Shown piece by piece: positions 52,244-64,000 of a DNA stretch of 64,000 bases. Positions within the stretch are counted from its first letter, which is position 1; each line of letters starts with the position of its first letter. Location: positions 3,410,001 through 3,474,000 of the forward strand of contig NC_134025.1 in the NCBI RefSeq assembly GCF_964204645.1, read 5' to 3'. A program made the translations under genes and the position numbers. Under the pieces are notes generated by a model, which was not told the origin of the DNA, did no database searches, and saw only the letters and a list, made by a program, of their open reading frames with translations. Source of the stretch: Tubulanus polymorphus (lineage: Eukaryota; Animalia; Nemertea).

Positions 52244-52900
52244 CTATTCTGGCGCATAAGGTCCATTCTGAAATAGAACATGAGTAGATGATCTAAAAGT
52301 ATTGAAAATCAAATAAGCAATATTCATTTAAAAGCGGTTATAATTCTGTGAGGTACCTGTTCTTCAGCTGGCTGCTGAGATGTATTTGTATCTGATGTTG
52401 TTGTAGAGGAGGTCGATGGATTTGCTTTCACATTCTCCAAACCAGGAATTGATGACAACTAAAAAATGAATAAAGATATGATTATATTTTCAAACAGCGA
52501 GTTCAAATGAAATATTCTCAAAATCAAATTAATCGTACTTTAGTTTCCAATATACTCATAGTCACTTCTAGCCTTTGAATACGGTTTGAAAGAACTTCCA
52601 ATTTCTCTTCGCAGACGCATGAAAATCGATTAAGGAATCGCGTTGTGTGCGATATGAAATGATTCAGAAATGCCAACGTTCTTTTCTGATGAACGGCTCC
52701 TACCTAGAGAAAAATAATGAAATCATACATGAAGTGAAATATAATTAATTTGAATTTGTTACTATAGTGTATTTCGTACACGACACGGCGATAAATCACA
52801 TTCGGTTCCCAAAATCGCATCAACAGGTAATGAACATCTTTAGTTTTACCTTTGTATAATCGATTCCAGGTCCTACTATGGGTAACCCGTGCGCATCCAT
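52244..52900 (-). CDS. WASHC3: WASH complex subunit 3 (CCDC53), apparently short. Exons 52900-52850, 52703-52539, 52458-52357, 52267-52244
   Basis: Not in the ORF track. Spliced translation MDAHGLPIVGPGIDYTK VGAVHQKRTLAFLNHFISHTTRFLNRFSCVCEEKL..IQRLEVTMSILETK LSSIPGLE matches the conserved CCDC53 N-terminus. The last exon is uncertain. Confidence 0.85.
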
Positions 52901-53245
52901 CCTCAATTTTTCAAGTGTTGTGAAAAAACAAATTAGACGTCGCAATTTATTTCATTTATTTCCTGGTTTGGTGTGACTAATTACCAAAATGTACCTACCC
53001 TCATCCGACAATTGAAGGTAATCGCCTTGAAAAATTCGGATATTTATCATTTGGATGATATGGGAATTGATATATACGGAAATTACGGTATGAAATTGTT
53101 AAAAATAAGATAGATTTTGTTCAGTCGGGCATCGGCCGACATTTTCGGTCTTGTTCGTTTCGGTACTCAAGGCGATTAATGGCGGAAGCGCTGCCTGAAA
53201 TAAAAAAGTGATTTTTTATTTTTCATGAATTAGTTGGCATTAAAG

Positions 53246-56200
53246 ATGGATAGTCAGCCATCAGTCGAGACGGTATTTCAAGCGCTTACAGCGCTTTATC
53301 ACAACCCGGACACAGCCGGCAAAGAAAGAGCATCAATTTGGTTGGGAGAATTACAAAAATCGGTAAGCGTCGCGCACACAAGTACACACGGGAGACGGAC
53401 GGGAGGAGTCCCCCCAACATACCGGCTACAGTCTACAGACCTGTCAGTATCAGAGTCACGAAGTATTGGATATTCAACCATAATTTAGTGTTTCTTAGTC
53501 CTCAAAATCAAGTACCATATATTTCCTTATAAAAAGTGCATCATTTTGACCTGATGGTCTTTGGTATTATTACAGTCAGGCCTCCGTTAAAATTTTTATA
53601 TAAATGGTAAGATTGCATTTTTCAGGTATATGCCTGGCAGATTGCTGATCAGTTATTGAGACTGAATAAAGATGTGGAGTCGTGTTATTTTGCAGCGCAG
53701 ACAATGCGTACCAAGGTAGAAATATAAAATAACAAGCCTTAAATGTTTATATAATATGGGTCACTGTACTGCTGTTAATGAGCTATTGACCCATTTATTT
53801 ATAATGCACAAAATAATGCTATATTGCCATACAACATCAATTTGTCAAAATGATTTGATCGGCGTAAATATGGAGCTATTATATTTGAGTTTTTGAAGGA
53901 GTTAATTGTATTTCTTTTTTAAAGATCCAGTACGCATTTCATGAGTTACCAGTGGAATCTCATCAGTCTTTAAGAGACTCGATATTAGAACATGTCGCTA
54001 AAGTGACTGCTGAGACGCCAGCTGTTATTGTAACACAGGTACAAACATTATTATAATATAGAAGCTAAAGCAAGTTCTTATTTGCTAAACTATAGCAAAA
54101 TATAGTACAAATTGAAGTAATGTTATGTATAAAAGACACGCAATCATCAAAGGTCTAACAATGAAAATCTGTTCGACTGACTTCACCTAGATCCTTGGAG
54201 AATCATTCTAATACGTCTGTGTTATGGATCTTCGTTGTTACATCTTCGGGTGTTTACTCTTTCGACTCAATTGACTTTGTAAGAGCTGCAACTAGTTTTA
54301 ATTGGTTCTTTAATAGTTGTGTTTGGCCCTTGCTGATCTTGCCTTACAAATGGCTTCATGGAAAGGAGCTGCCTCAGACTTGATAGAAAAGTAATTTATT
54401 TCTATTTACTGCCAGTATTTAAAGCGTAACATTTGTTTAGAATATATGATATGTGACCGATTTCTTCATATACAGATTTAGTTCCAATGCTGATCATATG
54501 AATTTCCTCTTGGAAGTGTTAAAAGTCTTACCCGAAGAAGTAAGTATTAGGCCTACTGAAGAGTTAAAGTAATATTCACTGAGAGGACGATTAGATGGTA
54601 ATCACACATGCTGTTTTTGTTTTTCAGATAAGTAGTAGATCTCTGCGTCTGGGTGCAAATCGTCGAACAGAAATCACTCAGGAACTTACTGATTCAGCTC
54701 CTGTTGTCCTTCAACTTCTGGTGAGTTCAATATATTTGGAGAATGAGTGAAAACAAATAAAATTGGAATGAATAATCGTTGTCATTTATAAATGATTTTC
54801 AGACTGCTTGTACAGAAAAATGTGGTCAAGATGTTCGGATTCAAGCTAAAGTGTTTCGATGTTTGGGTAGCTGGTTTAATATTAACGCGTTGCCTCAAGA
54901 AATCATCGTGAATAGTAAATTATTAACAGCGCCTTTTATGGCATTGGTAAGTAATACTCGCTATTATTCCTGCGTGGTGAGTGCAGATATAGAATTTTTC
55001 TTACTTATTCAGAAACTTCCCTTTTCACAGATGAATAAAGATTGCCCTTCAACGCTGCACGAAACCGCGTGTGATTGTGTCTGCGCAGCTTTATACGCTG
55101 CTGAGGTTCGTCATCTTTACACCGTATGAAAGCCATTACTCAAAACAATTTTAAGAATACATTATGTTAAGTATGATTTGTATATCGAATTATGTAGGAT
55201 ATAGAGAAGAATGGTCTACTTGCTCAAGCATTATTTCGAGGTGTCATGAGTTTGCCAGAAGCTTATCATATGTCAGTTGCAGAGGAAGATATCGATAAGT
55301 AAGATTTCGTCATTGACACCTTCGTTATGTAGCACCAGTAGCAGACTCGGATTTTACTTACTTCCTCTGTTTATTTTTAGGTCATTGAACTATTGTCGTA
55401 TTTTTACTGAGATGGCCGAGTCATTTTTAGAAGTAATTGCGAGGCATCCAAATCAAGTGAGTTGTAAAGATCATTAGATTTAGATATCAGTCTACGATGT
55501 AATTGCCAAATTATCGAACTGTATCAAATGCTGCCATTTCTTCCTTCTCAGGGTCTCGGTGATTTAAGATTGGTTGAATTAGTGTTAACTTGTGTCGGTC
55601 ACCACCAGTATGAGGTATGAAAATCGATTCATAGTTTCTCCAGTATTTTACTCGTGCTTCACATGTATTTTCAAAGTTTTTGTTGTGCTCTGTTTTGCAG
55701 GTTGCTGAAATAACCTTCAATTTTTGGTATCGACTCTCAGAAATTCTCTACAAGGAAAACAATGACGAATTAAACGCTGTATTCAAACCCTACATACAGC
55801 GACTAATAATTGCGTTATGTACACATTGTCAAATGGATCCAGATCACGTGAGTTGAACCGATATTTCGTATACCGCAGTATGTGGAATATTTCACCGATG
55901 AATGGAATATTTTTAGGATGGAATACAGAAAGGAATTGATGGCGATTTCCGCGAGTTTAGAACAAGAGTGATGGAGTTGATAAAAGACGTTGTGTTTTTA
56001 GTCGGTTCGTCTTCGTGTTTCTCACAGGTTTGTTCATTCGCTTGTATTGTGAGATTTACGATCTTAGCGCTTTCATAAAACTCTGCGTGTACCGATGATG
56101 ACTGATTGATTATTCACAGATGTTCGAAGCATTAAAGAATCAAACTGCGGCTTCATCTTGGGAACAATCCGAAGCTGCTTTGTTTATCATGTGTGCTGTT

Positions 56201-58775
56201 GCTAAAAATATATTACCGTAAGTTTTGGTAATCTATTCTATCTAAACGCTGTCAATGTGAGTTGCTGATTTAGATTTGTATTTGATGATTACAGTGAAGA
56301 AGAGGGTGTAGTGCCACAAGTTTTAGAAGCCGTCCTGAATCTACCTCCATCAGCACATGTTGCTGTGAAACACATAAGCGTTAAACTTATTGGAGAATTA
56401 AGTGAATGGATTGACCGTCATCCTTCTTATCTTGGTTTGTTTTATTCATCTATAACTACACTGATGAAAAATACTTAGAAAAAACATTGAAATGTTCTAG
56501 TTATCAAAGTATGAATGATGTCTAATGAATAGTATTTTTCAGGATTAGTCTTACTGTGTTGGATCGAAATCGTATATATTTCCTATTCTGTTTTAGAACT
56601 GGTACTGCAGTTTCTTTTCACAAGTTTACATGACGCGAATCTGGCTACTGCTACTGCGAATTCGCTTCAAAATATCTGCTCAACTTGTAGAGATAAAATG
56701 GGTGATCATTTTGGTAGTTTGTTGGAGATTGTCAAAGCGATCGACTCGTTTATGGTCTCTAAGGAAGCCGCTGTCGGCCTTCTGAAAGGTAAAAAAAAGA
56801 ATAGATAACAAAATCAAAATTTCTAAAGAAAATTGTTTTTCTCTGAATTTACATACTAAGTCTCCTGTAATGCCGTTATGGGGACCGAGAAGAATATGGT
56901 GTTAAAAAAGAATAGCACTTTCATTGAATTGAGCGAGATTTGGCTCTCAAGAATGTTGGTATCAAGACTTGAGCACTTGCATTAAAAGAATGGTGTTTTA
57001 ATTGGCTCCGACTAAATGTTTTAGGTACGGCTATGATACTTGCTAAGATGTCACATGACAAGATCACCGAAGGTTTGAGGCAGTTATGCGCTCTTCAAAC
57101 CGATCAATTAAAAGAGTTGATGATGAAGGATGAACAGGTGAAGCTGTCGGGTCGCTCCCGTGCCGAGCCGACGTTTTGGTTGGACAGACTCGCCGCTATA
57201 TTCAGGTGAACCATCTGCTTTTCAACTAACTTTCGTTCGTCTCGGTTTTGCCTTTCTACGGGAATATCTACAATGCATAATAACAGTATTGTTGTAACTA
57301 GGAACTCGAACGTGACGGTGATGAACGGTCAACAGCATCCGTGTAAGATTGTAGTAGAGGAAGTGTGGCCCGTGTTATCGATGACGTGCGATAAATATCA
57401 GGACGACGTACGAATTATTGAACGATGCTGTAGATGTATTCGTTTCGCAGTAAGATGCGTCGGTAAAGCATCCGCATCTCTACTTACTCCGCTAGTTACT
57501 CAGGTGATTTATTATCGAGTCAATCGGTCAACCCTCCTTTTATATGAAAACATAATCGAACATGAAATACACAACATGATTTTCTCATTGTGGGATTGTC
57601 TTCTTTTTGTAGATGGTGAATTTGTATCAAGTTCACCAACATTCTTGTTTTCTTTACCTCGGAAGTATATTAGTGGATGAGTACGGTATGGAAAAGGGAT
57701 GTATACAAGGCCTCATTGATATGTTGCAGGTAGGTAGTCGTGAATCGATTACGGTAATAATTTGTTTTCTTAGCGAATTTTCTTTTTATCTCGATTATCG
57801 ATGCCTTTCATTTCTAGGCATTTTGTGGTCCAACTTTTAAACTGCTGGAGGAACAGCATGGTTTGCGTAACCACCCGGATACTGTGGATGATTTATTTAG
57901 ACTTTGTACGAGGTAAAGTGTGAAAACAACTACTTACTAATTACTTTTGAGTTCAAACAGGTTTGAAAAACTGATTTTCGGTTAGGTACCCGGTACATTG
58001 AATATACATTTTCAGGTTCGTGCAACGAAATCCAGTGCCATTTTTACAGTCAGATATGATGAAATCAATTCTATGCTGTGCAATAGCTGCCTGTAGTTTA
58101 GATCACCGGGATGCTAATGCCGCCGTGATGAAATTCCACATAGAATTCATAAAAGCAAGCAGAGTAAATGAGGTACATAGTCATCTTTTTTTGTAAGGAG
58201 CAATTATTTTTGGCTTTATTAGTATTTGACTGGTAACAATATATTGATTATCAAGGATCATGAAAATTTTGCCGTTCGGAGAGAAGCGACCCTTAAATTG
58301 CTGCAGGAGCACGGACAAGCTCTAATGACTTCTCTACTCAACTCTAGTGTTTTCTGCTTACCGTCCTATATGATCGTAGATATTGCCGATGTTGTATTTG
58401 AATTGATGCAAGTTGACAGATCTGTAAGTGTTTTTATCTTCGATCAGATGAACTCATTGTTTTCGATTTGTTTATTTTTATGAATTCACTTACTTACAGT
58501 CTGTATGTATTTGGCTTGAACATGCATTGAAATCGCTTCCTACTCAGAGTAGCGGTGGTTCTGTTACTGCTACTCATAAACAGTTAACTGACTTCCATAA
58601 AGCTGTCACCAGGTACGCATTACATTCCTCGTTAAAGAATCATACACTCCAGATCAAAAAATACACCGTGTACAGTCAGTGTTAATGATATAAAATCTGT
58701 TTGTATATTTTCAGTGCTGAAGATTGTAAAACAGTTTCACATGCTTTTAGAGACTTTTCAAGGTTGTATCGGTGA
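53246..58775 (+). CDS. TNPO3: Transportin-3 (importin-beta family)
   Basis: [102 protein letters not shown], ending RDFSRLYR*. Confidence 0.95.
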
Positions 58776-60614
58776 ATAAATTAGTGATAAAAGTTTGCAG
58801 ATGAGATGTCTTTCACATAAGTAATTTGTACATCCTGAGATTATGTACGCGCTCGGCAGTTTCGTAGCTTCACGCGACATACTTTAATCAGGAATAAGTT
58901 GATCGATGCTATAGCAAGCGCGGGTGTATGCTTAAAATGCTGAAGAAACGATAGAATTGCTGAACATGACGAATCAGTTTCAGGGATAAGTGAGCGTTAG
59001 TGATACAGTATTCACTCACAGCTGATTTCCAATACAAACATGCATCTTGCTTTGTGATTGGAAATGAATTTGTCGCTGATCCTGAATGTGGTAATAGGGA
59101 AGCATGGATATTGAGAGGATACCGATATGAATAAACCACGCTTGTAGTTGTGATAGTGGTTGCTCTATCTACTGGTGATGTGTGTGTGTACCTGTTCATT
59201 CTAAAAACGCATGTCTTCATTATCTGTCTATGTACGCTAGTTTTCTTTTTCCACGCAAAAGAAAAACTGCTTTGGTAAATAGATTTTGGCACGCTAATGT
59301 GTACACGAAAAGACTTATCTCACATCATTATGAAAAAAGTTCAAAGTTTCTTTTCCCATCCTTCAAAGAAATGTATTTTAATACTGTATATATATCGGCA
59401 TATTGTATGCATCAAAATTTTATACAAATGCATTGCTTTAAGCCAGCTGCTCTTTTCATTGAATAACCACTTGTACAATGTATTTACGAGTTGTTCATAA
59501 AATTGTAATATTTTATTTGCCGTAAATGTGCATTATTAATCTTATGATGGACAGCAACTTTCAGTCGCAGGTCATATTTAAGTTTATGAATGATAATAAT
59601 GCAATTTGGTGACATTTTCTAGAACGACCATTTTTTGAGCCATAAACCAAAATGTGTGTGTATACTAAATTATGCAATGATTATCATAATATATCGTAAT
59701 TTATTTCAGAAATTAATTTGAAATTTGTTGTAGATATATAAGGACTTCCTGTGCATAATGATTTTATTCACATCTGTAATAATAAACTGTTTTTATCAAG
59801 TGAAGAAAACTAATTCAGTAGTTAGTGAATTATCTAGAAATACGCTGAATGATAGCAGCTTTCTTCACTTTATCCTCAAGAGTTTAACATTATCAACACA
59901 TGCACAATCTTGTAAATTAGACTGGCTAAAGAAAAAAATCATGTTGCATATTAAATTTAATAATGTTATGGCTAGAGGAGTGTTTTGAATAAATATATAG
60001 TTTCATCCGATAATCTCGTAGATTCTGTTTTTTCTATTTGCTGGTTCACTCTGGGCCTCATCATAAGAATTACAGGAACTGTGACACATGTAACCCACAT
60101 GCCGGTTCTGATTCAATGTTTTGCGTGCTGCGAAGAAGACTTCCTCAACCTGGAGGCCGCATGGCAAGGTACTCGGAGGTGTCCAAACTAAGTTAAAGCA
60201 CAGGTTAATTTTAAGATAGACTGACAATAACTATTCAATGGGTTCCTAAATCATTTTTTATTTCCACACCATGTCTTAACATTCACCAAGCAAACCTAAC
60301 CTCACATACCAGGTCAGTACAAGTGTACTTATACAAAGTATCAGAAAAGATTTGAGCAATAGAAATACCGGTATTCATATAATGTAACATAAATTACATA
60401 GTCTCAATAACATCCTTACAAATTACATATTGTAAATATCAACAGCTCATTAACATTATCATTAAGTGATTTGAAAATTATTACATCTCTATCACAGACA
60501 TTTTACATAATAGCACATATCATGCATTACAACCAATTCAGTTCATTCGAAAATAATAAACGTAAGTTTTTTTTATTTAGATCATACATGCTTGTTCATA
60601 ATGAAGCCATCTAT

Positions 60615-63600
60615 CTATTCAGGTGGACTTGGTACGTCAAGTGATGACAGAATTCGGCTAACTTCAGCGCGTTGTGTAGCTGTCATATGCTGAGTAATGT
60701 GCACAATCGAATCCATCGCAACTTCAGGATTTTTCTGGATCAAACTGTAATACAAACGTATAATGAATATCATCATCAGTATTTTTCGACCGGATATCGA
60801 TTGAAGATCTTTTGCAACGTGATTCTCGTTTCTTACCTCCTTATGTTTTGTATGACGCTGTCTCGTTCGATACATTTCAGATTCTCATCGATAATTGAGT
60901 GGCCTGATTTATCGGCTAATTGAATCTTCAGCCATTCCACGACAGCTTTATCATCCTCCCATAGATAACCCTAATAGATGTAGAATAAACTGAGTAAATC
61001 ACAGCTATTCAAATTCAGATTGACAGCCAGGATGGACACTTTCTGCCAATTTACACATTCCCTGCCTTTCCCTGATCTTTCCATGTTAAAACACAAGTGA
61101 ATCGGCAGGTGAATCGAGAGATTTCTTGGTTTGAAATGTAATGTTGCAATCTATTCATCTATTATGAATCAAGTATTGATTAAATATACGCGTAGTGAAT
61201 AACAAGTGCAAGCTCCAAGTTTTCAAGGTTTTTTTGCAAAAATTTGTCAAATTCCCAGAGTTCTCCAGGTTTTCCAGGTCAGTGGCCACCCTGACAGAGA
61301 TTAACAACGTTTTCATACCTTGACAGTGCCTTGATCTTCAACAAACCATCGACTGAGCATTGAGAGTATTTGTCCGTTTTTCAGGTCCGGATTCAACGCG
61401 TATAATTTATCCTTCAACGTGTCTTCGAGAATCAATCGATGCAGACGCCAGTAGAAGAACTTACGAGCTGTTTTCCATTCGAGCACATCCTTTATAAACG
61501 AGAAATTACGAATACATCACAAACTTGTTTTCTTTCGAGGCTACGAATATTTGTTATATTCAATAACTCACAGAAATGACACCCTTTTCACGCATGCGTC
61601 CTGCAGTATCATGAAGATCGGCAAAATGAATAGCGACTTGATGATAGATGGGCATCAATTGTTCCTGGCGTTGATGTATCTTGGCTTCGAGCTTTTCTCG
61701 TTCTGTTTTTGATATTTCCGGTGATGACAGGTTGTCCGCTAATTCAGAGTAACTAGGGTCGATTCGTCTCATCGTTTTAATCAAATCTTTCGCTCGGAAT
61801 TTTATCTCAACGGTTCCTTGCGGTTCCAAGACGCCTCCCCTGAAAATAGCATAATATTCATCGCCTTTGTTCTATGCATTGATAAGATGAAACGTAGTGA
61901 TCCTAGGATAGCTTACCTGCTTTCACGATCAGCGTACATCTCCATATGTTCTGGATTGATTGACGGGTCTACGACGACCCAAGCCCCTCCTCTCAACTCG
62001 GCGTTTGGTGGAATGTAAATAAGAACCGGTTGTTTATATTCGCGCAGACCATCGACGATATACGCGCCGAACTTCAGTACTTGATCGTACATATCTTTCA
62101 TTCCACCGGAAAATCCTCGCCAGTTCGCGAATATCATCAGCGGAAGTTGTTCGCGGTTAAAATCTTTGATTGCTTGCGCCGTTTTATAAGCTGAATCCGG
62201 GAACCACACCTGTCCAGCTTGCTGTATCACCTATTGAAATACACACAATGATATATAAACGGATACTACATGAAAACTTTAATCAGTAGAATCCGCTTTT
62301 CTCGCATATTGCTGGACCAATAAATTCTTTCCGAGGTCCGTGAAATCCGAAGTACATGAAGTCAATTAACTTTGGGGTAAACCGAGTCTACTGTATTGAT
62401 TTGTTTAACAGAATGCTTACTTTTTCATCGGAGTCAAGATTGGCCGGATCAGCAGGTATTCCAAATTCTACGGTCCTGGTCTCAACGCAGATTACGCCTA
62501 ACGGTATACCACCTAGTCTAGCTCGACCACATATAACTGTCTGCGCCCAGGGCTTCATTATTTCATGAAATGAGCCACGATCAAAGAATCCGCTCTGCCA
62601 TTGATCTTGATTGTCTAGATTCAAGAGAAATAACCGGTACCCGAGGTATTAGCTTAAATCGATGTGTTTTCGAAGTGATTGGTTTAATTCACACCGAGAC
62701 ATGTACCTGGATTTGGTCGACCAGCAAGCATCCAACGTGGATCATAAGGCGTTTTCGTTGGAATGAAATCTACCGTTCTGTCAATTGGGTCAACTGGATC
62801 CAATATCGGCAATGGGTCATTATGAATCTAAATACACACCCCGATCAATATTATGTATTATAATCATTAAATAGTTTGCCCAATAGTTTCTCGATACTCG
62901 ATGAAATACCTTAGGAATGAAGGCTATCATATTCAAAATCTGATAAACACCATCGAAATCATCAGTACTGATAGCATGCGATACTCCGTTATTATGCATG
63001 ATTTGTATTCCACCGAGTTGATTGTTACTTGTGTAAACTTCACGTCCGAGAACCTTAAAATTAAACGAATTCAGTCGAGCTGCACGAATGAGTGGCAAAA
63101 AAATCAATGTAATCCGGATATAAACCCGTACCTTATTCAGGGCACCAGCTCCTGTTAGAATAATGTGAGAGTTTTCAACTTGTACGACACGTTGTCCCAG
63201 ACGTACCAGATACGCTCCAATACCAATAGCTCGACATGTTACCTAAAAATATACAAATATATCTCAACTTCGCGTAGATTTCAGGGAATTCTACAAAAGA
63301 AATGTTTTATATTTTGTGTAAAATCTAGAACTTAAAGAACGTCAAATTTAAAGTACCAGATTATATGTGGCTATTTCGTTGTAAGCCTGTGATGATTCTC
63401 CAGCTATCATTCCTGATCCGCGTAAATTCTCGACTCCGATTCCATCAACGTGACCGATTATATCCTGTATTTTATATCGAGCAGCTCCTTCATCATCGAT
63501 CAGTTCACATCGCACTGAATTCAAAGCGCTGACTTTCTGGAAATCTTCCGGTGTTAGATACAGATATTTGAATCCCTAGAAGAATTTCGAATAGAAAATT

Positions 63601-64000
63601 ACATCAAATTCTACCGATTCTCAACGCAGAAATGTTTCATGATTTGTCTCGTACCTTATCGGGGTCTTTCGGGTCCTGCCAAGCGACGTTAAACAAGTGT
63701 TTAACCTCTTCGGCTAAACCAATTCTTGCTCCACTGTTTGCTGCCAGGTATATCCTCGGTAATCCTTCACTTCTTGCTAATTCTGATGCTTTCTAAAATT
63801 CATAAGACACTCAAATGAGAAATTTATTTACAGTATATAAAACAATTCATGAAGCAGAAAACCTACCAAATATAACTGATCTTCCTGAGGACCGAATGAG
63901 CCAATTTGGTTTGTTATATCATTAGCGATGACGATTAAGTTTCTTCCATCTGGATATTCTGGTGTTTTCAAATTCATTCTCCAAGCAACCATCGCAATCT
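60615..64000 (-). CDS. ACC: Acetyl-CoA carboxylase, 3' part (carboxyltransferase domain); gene continues beyond the window
   Basis: [98 protein letters not shown]. Confidence 0.96.
61050..61294. mobile_element. Transposon remnant in an ACC intron (hAT-like end GTGGCCACCCTG)
   Basis: TTTCCCTG and TTTTCCAGG repeats ending in GGCCACCCTG; only one terminus is evident. Confidence 0.4.

Noticed and set aside
58776-60614. Several 60-127 aa ORFs between TNPO3 and ACC
   Set aside because: Convergent AT-rich 3' UTRs; no splice or coding signal.

Overview
Gene-dense, AT-rich eukaryotic (animal) genomic DNA with many short spliceosomal introns (~70-120 nt). It is probably a lophotrochozoan invertebrate; this is inferred from gene content and an NR1J/HR96-type receptor. 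Reconstructed multi-exon genes, in order: NR1J/HR96-like nuclear receptor (+), Bak (+), a vWA/DUF4537-like ciliary-type protein (-), NDUFB2 (+), an unrecognised ~812-aa multipass membrane protein (+), two small orphan ORFs with splice signals, an internally deleted BHMT pseudogene next to an intact BHMT-like gene (-), a GMC oxidoreductase (-), adenylate kinase 9 (+), an apparently C-terminally truncated WASHC3/CCDC53 (-), transportin-3 (+) and the 3' part of acetyl-CoA carboxylase (-). Several MITEs (hAT- and Harbinger-like) and ultra-short palindromic insertions are present. The best leads are a co-oriented GMC oxidoreductase + BHMT pair (possible choline/betaine mini-cluster), an array of symmetric phase-1 micro-exons in AK9, a structured GC-AG intron, the truncated WASHC3 and the orphan genes. 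Exon boundaries were read by eye; no database searches were run.
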